Source of the DNA: Moraxella nasicaprae
Lineage (GTDB): Bacteria > Pseudomonadota > Gammaproteobacteria > Pseudomonadales > Moraxellaceae
Direction: 5' to 3'
DNA: 32,000 nucleotides
Assembly: GCF_025643275.1 (NCBI RefSeq)
Contig: NZ_CP089977.1
Coordinates: 60,001-92,000, forward strand
How positions within the stretch are numbered: position 1 is the stretch's first letter; each line of letters starts with the position of its first letter. Positions 16,905-26,125 of this stretch are shown one piece after another. The notes below the pieces were generated by a model. It was not told the origin of the DNA. It saw nothing but the letters and a program-made list of their open reading frames with translations, and did no database searches. A program made the translations under genes and the position numbers.

Positions 16905-18659
16905 TTACGCTTTTGCCCCCAAATGGATATGCTGATCAAATCGTGTTAAGTCGCCGTGATGACTGACCCAAATGACCGTTTTTCCTTTGGATAAACGATG
17001 TAGCAAGGCTGAGATTTCATCAGCAGTTTGCGGGTCAAGATGTTCGGTTGGCTCATCAAGCAGCCAAACACAAGCATCGGTCAAAATCAGCTGAGCAATG
17101 GCAATCCGATGAGCTTGACCGCCACTCACGCCACTACCACGCTCGCCCAATACGGTATGAATACCTTGTGGTAATCTCTCCATCAACGCATCAAGTCCCA
17201 CTTGTGCCAGTACGCCAAGCAGCTCATCATCAGACGCATCTGGCTTGGCAAGTCGTAGATTGTCTGCAATGCTGATGGGCAACAAAGCTGGTGTTTGTGA
17301 AAGATAACCCATGTGCGAACGCAGTTGTGCCATATCCAGCGTTTGATAGTCATGCTTTTGACCATCATCTAGCCAAATCTTGCCCGTATATTGCCCAAAG
17401 CCCAATAAAATCTGCAAAATGGTCGATTTGCCTGCACCGCTGCTGCCTGTCAAGACCGTACTTTGTCCAGCTTCAAAAGTCATGGTGGTTGGCGGCAATC
17501 TGAGTCTGCCATCATCGCCAAATACCGCCACTTGTGTCAATCCAAACGACACAGGATTGGCAAAATTCACCTGCTGACTGCCTGTATGAGCAGATTTAAA
17601 ATCCATCAAGCCAACCATCACTGATGCTGCTGACACCGCCTGACCCTTGATGTGATACTCCATGCCAAGCCGTCTTAATGGTGCATAAAATTCTGGCACA
17701 AGCAACAAAATCAGCAAAGCATCATGATAATCCACGCTCATCACGCCCTTTTGCCAAGGCAGCAACCCCATCAAGCCAAAACCCAGATACACCGCCACCA
17801 AAGCAATGGATAATGCAGTCAAAAATTCTAGTACCGCACTATTTAAAAAGGCAATTTTTAGCACATTCATGGTTTTGGTGCGATAACCCTCTGCACTATG
17901 CTCAATATCCTGCCCTGCAATGGCAACCGCCTGCAAACGATCAAGTGTGTTAATGCCACGAATCCAATCAAAAAACCGCCCACCAAGCTGTGCCATTGCG
18001 TCCATCTGTTCACGGCTTTTTTTGCTGGTTGCCTTGCCTATCAATGCCATAAACAACGGCACAAGCGGTGCAGTCACAAGTAAAATCGCTGCCGCCCAAC
18101 CATTGATAAAACCCACAAAAATCGCCAGCATGACAGGGGTGGTGACGGCGGTCATTTTTTGCACTTCAAAGCGTGCATAACCCACCAGATAATCAGGCTC
18201 ATCAATGATTTTGCTGGCAAGAACGCCATCTGCCCCAAAATAACGGCGAGCCATGCCCATCTTGGCTAATTGGTCAAGCAGCTGCCCACGCACATCACCA
18301 GCCACCATGATACCAATTTTGCTCAAAATCGCATCTCTGGCATAGCCAAGCAAAGCCCTGATGAGCATCAATACCGCTAATATCGCCAAATAAAAGGATA
18401 GACCGACCTCATTCATCGACCAGCCATCGTGCGTGGTAAATGCTGGAACAAACTTCGTCAGCCAATCAGAAAAAATCATCGCCAAGACAAATGCTTGTGC
18501 CATCAGTAATAACACTGTAATGACATCGCACAGCCAAGCTAAATACAATGATTTTTTAACAGGGGCAAATTGTTTTCGCAGAAAATTATTGGCAGCAATC
18601 TGGGCTTGTGATTCTTGGGTGCTGATTTTGTGGGTCTTGGTGGATTTGGCGGTGGTCAT
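16905..18659 (-). CDS. cydD: Cysteine/glutathione ABC exporter permease-ATPase CydD
   Basis: APLVPLFMALIG and LEFLTALSIALVAVYLGF match the E. coli CydD TM segments as I recall them. The NBD has GSSGAGKST, VSGGQAHRIAIAQL and WLLDEPTEHLD. Confidence 0.85.
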   Translation of the reverse strand: MTTAKSTKTHKISTQESQAQIAANNFLRKQFAPVKKSLYLAWLCDVITVLLLMAQAFVLAMIFSDWLTKFVPAFTTHDGWSMNEVGLSFYLAILAVLMLIRALLGYARDAILSKIGIMVAGDVRGQLLDQLAKMGMARRYFGADGVLASKIIDEPDYLVGYARFEVQKMTAVTTPVMLAIFVGFINGWAAAILLVTAPLVPLFMALIGKATSKKSREQMDAMAQLGGRFFDWIRGINTLDRLQAVAIAGQDIEHSAEGYRTKTMNVLKIAFLNSAVLEFLTALSIALVAVYLGFGLMGLLPWQKGVMSVDYHDALLILLLVPEFYAPLRRLGMEYHIKGQAVSAASVMVGLMDFKSAHTGSQQVNFANPVSFGLTQVAVFGDDGRLRLPPTTMTFEAGQSTVLTGSSGAGKSTILQILLGFGQYTGKIWLDDGQKHDYQTLDMAQLRSHMGYLSQTPALLPISIADNLRLAKPDASDDELLGVLAQVGLDALMERLPQGIHTVLGERGSGVSGGQAHRIAIAQLILTDACVWLLDEPTEHLDPQTADEISALLHRLSKGKTVIWVSHHGDLTRFDQHIHLGAKA

Positions 18660-18796
18660 AATGCACTCAAAAAAGCGTGTTATTGTTATGATTATTCAAC
18701 AGATGCTCAAACTTCCCTATTATCGCTAAAACGATGATTTTTTTCAACCATTAAATCAAGCATCAATCCATCGCCAACTAGTCCATTTTGGCAATA

Positions 18797-18823
18797 AAAA
18801 TCCCCGCCAGTGGCAGGGATTTT
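18797..18823 (-). terminator. Rho-independent terminator of the racemase gene
   Basis: AAAATCCC (18797-18804) pairs with GGGATTTT (18816-18823), with an inner GCC/GGC extension. On the minus strand the stem runs into TTTTTATT. Confidence 0.7.
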
Positions 18824-18828
18824 GATGC

Positions 18829-20058
18829 TTATTTGGCAAATTTTGGATTGGAATTGCCCCAAATGGTGTACAAATCAGCCAAGAGTGCGTCATTGATTTC
18901 CTCAACCTCAGCTTGGGTGATTTGCTCTTTGCCCTGCTTACCAAAAATCACTACTTCATCGCCTGCTTTTACCTTATCATGAATCGCTGTCACATCAACC
19001 ATGGTTGTGTTCATCGATACCTTACCAACCACAGGCACTTTGTGTCCACCAATCAATACATGACCTTTGTTGCTAAATACTCGACGATATCCATCTGAAT
19101 AACCCATCGGTAGATTTGCCAAATAGCTATCTTGTTGCAATGTGTGCGTACGGTCGTAGCCCACCGTTGAGCCTTTTGGATAAAAATTGACGCTGGCAAC
19201 ACGGGTTTTAAACGACATGATGTACTCATATTCTGGCTTGTCATACACAGGCTCGCCATAGATGATGCCGCCTGGTCTTACCATGTCAAACCAACCTTCT
19301 GGCATTTCAAGTGTCACAAATGAATTGGCAGCATGGATAATCAGTTGATGACGATTAAGTTTGGCTGTGTTGATTAACCAGTCGGTCTGTTTTTTAAAAA
19401 TTTCCAAGCCTTTTTTGACATCATCTTTATCTTCAACAGGAAAATGCGTCATCAAGCCTGATAGCGTTAATCCATCAAGTGCCAGCATTTCCAATGCCTC
19501 AGCCTTGCCAGTCACGCCCGATAGTTCAATGCCGTTACGGTTCATACCACCTGAGTTTAAGGATAAATGATAGCGAATATTTTGTCCTGTTTGTTTGGCA
19601 TATTCACTGACCGCTTTGGCTGCCTGCAAATTCCCTAACAGCTCTTCGATTTGATACTGGACACCGTCTTGAATCTCCGCCAAAGTTGCACTGCGTACTC
19701 TCATGATGATACCTTGATAGCCATGCAATCTGGCAATACGAGCCTCTTCATTAGTACCAATGCCAATACACGGGATTTGATGCTCAATGATGGTCGGCAT
19801 CAAAACATCAATGCCGTTACCATAAGCGTCCGCTTTTAAAATCGCACAAATTTTAGCCTTGCCATTCAGATGGCGTTTCATCGCTGCCAAATTATTGCCA
19901 AACGCTTGGGTGTCAATTTCAAGCCATGCATTTGCTGTTTGCTTATTAACACTACTGTTGGTTTGACCATGAAAAGTCAAAGTGGGAGCAGCCAAAGCTG
20001 GTAAAGATGTTAAGCCAAGCGACAATGCCATTGCCATGCTTATTGCAGATTTTTTCAC
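18829..20058 (-). CDS. Secreted alanine-racemase-fold PLP enzyme (broad-spectrum amino-acid racemase type)
   Basis: Alr family: PLP-lysine motif ICAILKADAYGNG, and C-terminal KVSMNTTMVDVT and GDEVVIFG segments. The start is set at GTG 20058 behind a perfect AAGGAG SD, giving 409 aa. The Sec signal peptide is VKKSAISMAMALSLGLTSLPALA|AP. Confidence 0.8.
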   Translation of the reverse strand: MKKSAISMAMALSLGLTSLPALAAPTLTFHGQTNSSVNKQTANAWLEIDTQAFGNNLAAMKRHLNGKAKICAILKADAYGNGIDVLMPTIIEHQIPCIGIGTNEEARIARLHGYQGIIMRVRSATLAEIQDGVQYQIEELLGNLQAAKAVSEYAKQTGQNIRYHLSLNSGGMNRNGIELSGVTGKAEALEMLALDGLTLSGLMTHFPVEDKDDVKKGLEIFKKQTDWLINTAKLNRHQLIIHAANSFVTLEMPEGWFDMVRPGGIIYGEPVYDKPEYEYIMSFKTRVASVNFYPKGSTVGYDRTHTLQQDSYLANLPMGYSDGYRRVFSNKGHVLIGGHKVPVVGKVSMNTTMVDVTAIHDKVKAGDEVVIFGKQGKEQITQAEVEEINDALLADLYTIWGNSNPKFAK

Positions 20059-20278
20059 GCCAATCTCCTTATTTTTTATATCAACAATGGATTTTTTAAA
20101 ATCCCAAAACAGGTCATTGATAAGGTTAGTCCAACCAAGACTGTTTTTTGTCCCATGACAGATGTACACAGGTGCAAAATCAGCCTTCATAAGTCTGATA
20201 CAGACCATCTGATTTTGCCAAAAAAATTTTTATTAAGCAAGTATTTTTACAAAAAAATAGTTTGATAAATAGTCAAAT

Positions 20279-20308
20279 AAAAAACCAGCCTAATCAGCTG
20301 GTTTTTTT
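20279..20308 (-). terminator. Rho-independent terminator of the KAS III gene
   Basis: AAAAAACCAGC (20279-20289) pairs with GCTGGTTTTTT (20298-20308), with an 8-nt loop. Confidence 0.8.
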
Positions 20309-20335
20309 ATTTATGGTCAAATGATTGGGACTGGT

Positions 20336-21481
20336 TTATACTTTTTTGACCAGCACCGAACCGATGGAGTATCCTGCCCCAAACGAACAAATCACACACA
20401 AATCGCCCGATGCTACACCCTCTTGCGACTCATGAAAAGCAATAATCGGACTGGCTGAGCTGGTATTGCCGTATTCAGCGATGACCACAGGAGCAATGGC
20501 TTTATCCGCCTCTTTGCCACATACGGTGCGTAAAATTAAGTCAATCATATTGATATTGGCTTGATGTAGCCACATTTTTTTGACTTGACTGCTGTCAAAA
20601 TTATTCTTGGCAAGATGTTCAGTGATGATTTCTGACACCTTTGGGCAAACCTCACGAAAGACCTTTCGTCCTTCTTGCAAAAATAGCTTGTCAGTCGCAG
20701 GGGCTTCAAAATCAGGGTACAACGGGCAATCTGCCGCCAAATATTCACTGCGATTCATGAAACCAAATTCATTTTTGATGTTGGTAGAAAACTCGGTGTA
20801 CAGCTTGCTGTCTAGGATTTCATATCCTTTTGGCGTATCCAATGACTCAATGATGGTGGCAGCTGCAATATCGCCAAAAATGAAGTGGCTATCACGGTTA
20901 CGCCAGTTTAGATGGGCAGAAGTAATCTCAACATTCACCACCGCCACACGCTTGGCAAGACCTGCTTTAATGTTGCCCACCGCCTGAGCGATACCAAAAG
21001 TCGCTGCACTACACGCCACATTCATGTCATAGGCAAAACCGCCTTGCATACCCACAGCGTGCTGAATCTCGATGGCGATGGCTGGAAAGCAACGCTGAAA
21101 ATTTGACGATGCACAAATCACACCGTCCAAATCAGCACCCGTCAGACCTGCTGCATCAAGTGCTTTTTGGAGTGCGTCCGCACCCATCTCTGCCATCACA
21201 GACAGCTCTTCGCCAAGTTTTCTGGCAGGCACCACGGGGGTCATGATTTGTGGGTCAAGAATGCCTTTTTTGTCAATGACATAGCGAGACTTGATGCCTG
21301 ATGCTTTTTCGATGAATTCAACAGCAGAATGTTGTAATGCCATCTTCTCGCCAGCTTCAATGGCGGCAGCGTGCTGGGCATTATAATTATCGACATAGGC
21401 ATTAAAACTTGCCACCAACTCTTCATTGGTGATTTTGTCTTTTGGGATATGCAAACCTGTTGCTGTGATACAAATGGTCAT
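20336..21481 (-). CDS. Beta-ketoacyl-ACP synthase III family protein, long (381 aa) FabH-like subfamily
   Basis: Thiolase-fold KAS III with the Cys-His-Asn triad contexts NVACSAATFG, WLHQANINM and EYGNTSSAS. The N-terminal region NEELVASFNAYVDNYN...FIEKASGIKSRY resembles the PA3286-type KAS III as I recall it. Confidence 0.8.
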   Translation of the reverse strand: MTICITATGLHIPKDKITNEELVASFNAYVDNYNAQHAAAIEAGEKMALQHSAVEFIEKASGIKSRYVIDKKGILDPQIMTPVVPARKLGEELSVMAEMGADALQKALDAAGLTGADLDGVICASSNFQRCFPAIAIEIQHAVGMQGGFAYDMNVACSAATFGIAQAVGNIKAGLAKRVAVVNVEITSAHLNWRNRDSHFIFGDIAAATIIESLDTPKGYEILDSKLYTEFSTNIKNEFGFMNRSEYLAADCPLYPDFEAPATDKLFLQEGRKVFREVCPKVSEIITEHLAKNNFDSSQVKKMWLHQANINMIDLILRTVCGKEADKAIAPVVIAEYGNTSSASPIIAFHESQEGVASGDLCVICSFGAGYSIGSVLVKKV

Positions 21482-21567
21482 AAAAAATCCTTAGGTGTGG
21501 CACAAATCTCATCTACAATGACTCTTACCACTACCAATTTGTGATAGATGTTATTTAACTCTATCAT

Positions 21568-21617
21568 ATTCTAGCACAAAAAATGTAACTGGTTGTAAAA
21601 AAATACAACTGTTTACA
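21568..21617 (-). promoter_or_regulatory. Extended -10 promoter plus 14-7-14 inverted repeat (candidate operator) upstream of the KAS III gene
   Basis: On the minus strand, TGCTAGAAT is the complement of 21568-21576. TGTAACTGGTTGTA (21585-21598) and TACAACTGTTTACA (21604-21617) are 11/14 reverse-complementary around an A7 spacer and cover the -35 region. Confidence 0.4.
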
Positions 21618-21795
21618 AAAATATTGAACAACCAACCATTTGATGGTCAAGTCATCAATATCATCGCCCATGCTGGTAAATTAACGAGCTTAAATTGGGC
21701 TTAATACAGGCGTAAGACCTATTTATATGGCTCTCATAAAACATCTAGGTTTGCTATTTTCAAATTGATTAAATTAACTCTTGCACAAATCAGCC

Positions 21796-24700
21796 CTATC
21801 TTGTCGTCAAACTTGCCCAAATTTTTTCCAATCGTTTGGCGGAAACTGGCGATAGTGTTTTCATTGGCTGAGCAAACAGATTGATGCGATATTCCTCGAC
21901 CAACCAGCGATATTCGGCAAATCTAATGTCATGCACCACTCGTGCCAGTCGCTCCATGTGAATATCAAGCAGGTACACCGCATCAAGGTCAGCATCAAGA
22001 TTGTGATTAAGCCTGTCTAGGCGAATGTTTAGGGCTTGCAAATATCTAGGATACTGTCGCCAGCGTTCATAATCGGTGCGATACACAAAGTCCGCCAATT
22101 GCAAATCATCAAGCTGGTCTTCGATGTCTTCGATGCTTTCGCCAAAAATCTCTTGGTCAAGCATCAACAACTTGCCACGAGCGACTTGCCAAGCGGTGTA
22201 GATGTCTTTGAGTGCTTTTAATACATCTTGCCCCACAAGCAAAAAATTGGTCAGTAATGCTTGCTGAACCAGCTCAAATTCAGCCTGATGCAACGGCAAA
22301 TGCTCGACAAGCCAAGCATGATGTTCATCAATCAGTCCTGCGATATGCTCACGAATCAAGGTGCTTTGCTCATCAACAGGCTGTTTGGCAAAATTGATGC
22401 CATGTTGATACAGACACGCCTGCAAAGTGGCATTGATGACGACATTTTTAAGTTTTTCCAAATCGCCAAGCGGTGCAAAAGCCAACTTAAATGCCTTATC
22501 AATTTGTCCTGTGAGCTGTTTTTGTCTGCTACCTAGCTGTGTCTTAATCAGTGTTAGCACGCCTGCTTTGTGGGTATTTAGGGCGGTTGTCAGCTCGGTA
22601 AACTGAGCAATGGATACCGCCTGCCCCTCTTTGTCAGCTTGCAAGGCAGAAAATTCTTGCATGACAATGCCTGAGGTGTGCTTGTTGCGGACAAAATTAA
22701 AATGCTCAGGAAAATGATGATGTAGCCCCTGCTCCACCGACACAGATTCACTAATGACTTGCCCGTGTCGTGCCTGCAATCGCAATAAATCTCGGCTTTT
22801 TTCAATCACTCGATTTTTATCATCGACCACACAAATAAGCGGTCTTAGGTAGTTATCCACCTCATGTGGCGAGAAATCCTGTGCGGCGGTCTTGACGCCC
22901 AAACCCATTAGGGCTTGTACCAACTGGTCTAGCAGACCCATTTGACCTTTGGGGTTTAGTTTCTCAAAAATCTTGGCACAAGTATCGGGAATGGGAACGA
23001 TTTGACGACGAATTTCTTTGGGCAAAGTTTTAAGTAATTGTAGCACCAACTCATATCGCCAGCCTGCAATACCCCAAAGCAACGCCACCGCATCAAGCTG
23101 TGCCAACGCCTTGATGGGGACTTTGACCGTCACACCGTCATCATCAGAACTTGGGTCAAACACATAGCTCAATGGTAATTTTAGTCCGCCAAGCTGCCAA
23201 GTCTCTGGAAAATCATGATTGGCGTTGATGTTTTGGTTTAAAACATCGTCATCGCTAAAATGCAAAAAATTAGGGGATTTGTTCTGAGCATCATGATAAA
23301 AATCCTCAAAAGCCTTACGACTGGCGACATGGTGTGGGATTTTTTCATCATAAAATTGATACAAACTTTCTTCATCGACCAGCAAGTCTTTACGGCGAAG
23401 TTTATCTTCAATGCGTTCTACTTCTTTGATTTTGTTGGCATTATCTGTCAGAAATCCTATCGGTACGCCATATTGATTGGCGACTAAGGCATCACGAATG
23501 AAAATTTTGCGAGCCTCCACCAAATCGATTTGTTCATAATTCACCAGTTCTTTGGCAATGATAATCAAGCCAAATAAGCTGATTTGAGCATAAGCACGCA
23601 CTCGCCCTGCTTTTTTTGACCAATGTGGTTCAAAATAATGATATTTAAGCAAATTTGGGGCAGCGGCAATCACCCATTCTGGTTCAATTTTTGCCAATGT
23701 CCGCATATAGACTTGTGATGTTTCCACCACCTCAAATGCCATCACCCATTGCGTGCCTTTTTTGTGCAAAGTGCTGGCAGGGAAAATTCGTGCCTTTTGG
23801 TTGCGAGCCATCAGATATTCGCCCACATTGTCTGTTTTGTGTGCCACAAAAGACAACAAGGCACTAAGCAACGCCCGATGAATATTAGCATAATGCACGC
23901 TTTGCTGACTGGTCGCATGATAGCTTTTGACGGCTTTGGCGTGTGTTTTTTGGCGATGTTGCGTGGTTTTTGATAGCCCAAGACGCACGCCTTTTTTGGT
24001 GTCGGCAGGTGGTGTGTCTGTATGCTTGGTGCTATCATCAATCACAAAACCAAGCTCGCTCATCATCTGGCTGAGCTGGCTGTGCGTTTTTTGCCATTCT
24101 CTGATGCGAGCAAAACTTAAAAAATGCTTTTTGGCAAAATTTTTACGAGCGTTGCTACTAAGCACCTGATTGCCATTGGTTGGGTGCTTATCAAACAAGG
24201 CTTGGAATAATTCCAAATAAAATAAAAAGTCAGAATCTTCTTTGCGAAACAAGGCATGCCTTTGGTCAGCAGTTGCTTGCTTATCGGCTGGGCGTTCCTT
24301 GACATCTTGTACTGCCAATGCCGAAACAATCACCAGCATATCCTTTAAGCAATCAAAAGTATCTCCTGCAATCAGCATACGAGCAAGACGAGGGTCGATG
24401 GGCATTTTTGCCATCTGCTGACCGATTTTGGTCAAACCGCCCGCCTGCATTCTGCCCTTTTTGGCGGCAGTTTTGGTATAAGCCGTTTCGTCCAATGCAC
24501 CAAGCTCGATGAGCAGTTTACGACCATCATTGACCAAGCGTAAATCAGGCGGTGTGATAAAATCAAATGACGCCACTTCGCCAAGTTTTAACCGCTCCAT
24601 CTGCAAAATGACGCTGGCAAGATTGGTTCGTAAAATCTCAGGTTCGGTAAATTCTGGACGACTATTAAAATCCTCTTCACTATACAGTCTGATACACACA

Positions 24701-25971
24701 CCTGGTGCGACACGCCCACACCGACCTGCTCGCTGATTGGCAGCGGCTTGACTGATTGCCTCAATGGGCAATCTTTGGATTCTGGAACGATAATTATAAC
24801 GAGAAATTCTGGCAAAACCCAAATCAATCACATAGCGAATATTGGGTACGGTCAAGGCAGTTTCAGCGACATTGGTGGCAATGATGATGCGTCGCCCTTT
24901 GGTTGATGGGCTAAAAATCCGCTGCTGCTCAGCATAACTTTGGCGAGCAAATAACGGTAAAATTTCGGTATGAGCTGGTGCGTAATTGGTCAGAATTTCT
25001 TGTAATTCTTTGATTTGAGCTTCGGTGGCGGCAAAAATCAAAATATCCGCTTGGTCAGGGTGTCCCTTAGCACGAGCATCATCAAAACACTCATTAACCG
25101 CTGCGGTCAATGCTCTGGGTAGGTTATCTTCCGCCTCATCAAAAGCATCGTCATCATGACTGGTGATGATGGCATCAGTCAATGGACGATAACGCATTTG
25201 TACAGGATAACTACGACCCTCCACCACAAAAACAGGGGCAGGTTTGCCATCTTTGGCAAAATACTGAGCAAATCTTTGGGTGTCTAGCGTGGCTGAGGTA
25301 ATGATGACTTTCAAATCATCTCGTTTTGGCAGCAGTCGTTTGAGATAACCCATGATAAAATCGATATTCAGACTGCGTTCATGTGCCTCATCAATGATGA
25401 TGGTGTCGTATTTTGACAAATAAGGATCTGACCCCAATTCCGCCAGCAAAATACCATCGGTCATCAGCTTGATGAGCGAATGACCACCACCCTCTTCGGT
25501 GAAGCGAACTTTAAAACTGACCGTCTGCCCCAAACTCTCGCCAAGCTCTTCGCTGATACGAGTTGCCACCGAGCGAGCTGCCAAGCGTCTAGGCTGAGTA
25601 TGTCCAATCTGCCCTGTGATGCCACGCCCAGCCAGCATCGCCAATTTGGGTAGTTGCGTGGTCTTGCCAGAGCCTGTCTCGCCTGCAATGATGACCACTT
25701 GGTGTAATTTGATGGCATCAATCAGCACTTGGGCTTGTTTGGTGACAGGCAAATCATGATTGAGCTTATCTTGCAAATCTTGTGGCACAGATGCCATACG
25801 CTGTGACACCGCCGCACTAGAACGAGCCAAGATTTTATCATATTGAGCTTGCAACTCATTTTGTTTATTGCCATGTGCTTGTTGCAGCTGCCTTGAAAGT
25901 TTTTGCAAAAAATGTCGGTCTTTGGCAAGCACCAAAGGAGCTTTGGTGTGATGATTAGGCTGTTTGGTCAT
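21796..25971 (-). CDS. hrpA: ATP-dependent RNA helicase HrpA (DEAH-box)
   Basis: Walker A GETGSGKTTQLPK, DEAH box IIIDEAHERS, motifs TSATLD, FAATEAQI, IATNVAETALTVP and QRAGRCGR, and a long HA2/OB/C-terminal region. The start is set at ATG 25971 (MTKQPNHH) rather than 26031. Confidence 0.93.
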   Translation of the reverse strand: MTKQPNHHTKAPLVLAKDRHFLQKLSRQLQQAHGNKQNELQAQYDKILARSSAAVSQRMASVPQDLQDKLNHDLPVTKQAQVLIDAIKLHQVVIIAGETGSGKTTQLPKLAMLAGRGITGQIGHTQPRRLAARSVATRISEELGESLGQTVSFKVRFTEEGGGHSLIKLMTDGILLAELGSDPYLSKYDTIIIDEAHERSLNIDFIMGYLKRLLPKRDDLKVIITSATLDTQRFAQYFAKDGKPAPVFVVEGRSYPVQMRYRPLTDAIITSHDDDAFDEAEDNLPRALTAAVNECFDDARAKGHPDQADILIFAATEAQIKELQEILTNYAPAHTEILPLFARQSYAEQQRIFSPSTKGRRIIIATNVAETALTVPNIRYVIDLGFARISRYNYRSRIQRLPIEAISQAAANQRAGRCGRVAPGVCIRLYSEEDFNSRPEFTEPEILRTNLASVILQMERLKLGEVASFDFITPPDLRLVNDGRKLLIELGALDETAYTKTAAKKGRMQAGGLTKIGQQMAKMPIDPRLARMLIAGDTFDCLKDMLVIVSALAVQDVKERPADKQATADQRHALFRKEDSDFLFYLELFQALFDKHPTNGNQVLSSNARKNFAKKHFLSFARIREWQKTHSQLSQMMSELGFVIDDSTKHTDTPPADTKKGVRLGLSKTTQHRQKTHAKAVKSYHATSQQSVHYANIHRALLSALLSFVAHKTDNVGEYLMARNQKARIFPASTLHKKGTQWVMAFEVVETSQVYMRTLAKIEPEWVIAAAPNLLKYHYFEPHWSKKAGRVRAYAQISLFGLIIIAKELVNYEQIDLVEARKIFIRDALVANQYGVPIGFLTDNANKIKEVERIEDKLRRKDLLVDEESLYQFYDEKIPHHVASRKAFEDFYHDAQNKSPNFLHFSDDDVLNQNINANHDFPETWQLGGLKLPLSYVFDPSSDDDGVTVKVPIKALAQLDAVALLWGIAGWRYELVLQLLKTLPKEIRRQIVPIPDTCAKIFEKLNPKGQMGLLDQLVQALMGLGVKTAAQDFSPHEVDNYLRPLICVVDDKNRVIEKSRDLLRLQARHGQVISESVSVEQGLHHHFPEHFNFVRNKHTSGIVMQEFSALQADKEGQAVSIAQFTELTTALNTHKAGVLTLIKTQLGSRQKQLTGQIDKAFKLAFAPLGDLEKLKNVVINATLQACLYQHGINFAKQPVDEQSTLIREHIAGLIDEHHAWLVEHLPLHQAEFELVQQALLTNFLLVGQDVLKALKDIYTAWQVARGKLLMLDQEIFGESIEDIEDQLDDLQLADFVYRTDYERWRQYPRYLQALNIRLDRLNHNLDADLDAVYLLDIHMERLARVVHDIRFAEYRWLVEEYRINLFAQPMKTLSPVSAKRLEKIWASLTTR

Positions 25972-26054
25972 ATCAATGTGAAACAAAATTTTAAAACGCA
26001 CTATTGTAAAGCAAAAACGCCACAGGGGCAATTTTTAACGAAAGTTTGATGATG

Positions 26055-26089
26055 AAAAAATAAAAGCCCACATCGGTTGGTGGACTTTT
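26055..26089 (-). terminator. Rho-independent terminator of the M16 peptidase operon
   Basis: 10-bp stem between 26062-26071 and 26080-26089. Its single mismatch becomes a G-U pair only on the minus-strand RNA. ATTTTTT follows on the minus strand. Confidence 0.7.
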
Positions 26090-26125
26090 GTCATGATGAG
26101 CATGGATTTTGGCTTGGCAAACCAT

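Noticed and set aside
15358-18729. A string of 60-152-aa ORFs on the + strand opposite cydC and cydD (for example 15358-15816, 16209-16562, 17678-17953, 18433-18729).
   Set aside because: They lie entirely antisense to two well-supported ABC exporter genes. They have no SD or start context and show low-complexity Ser/Pro/His/Cys-rich translations. They are typical shadow ORFs produced by the codon bias of the true genes.
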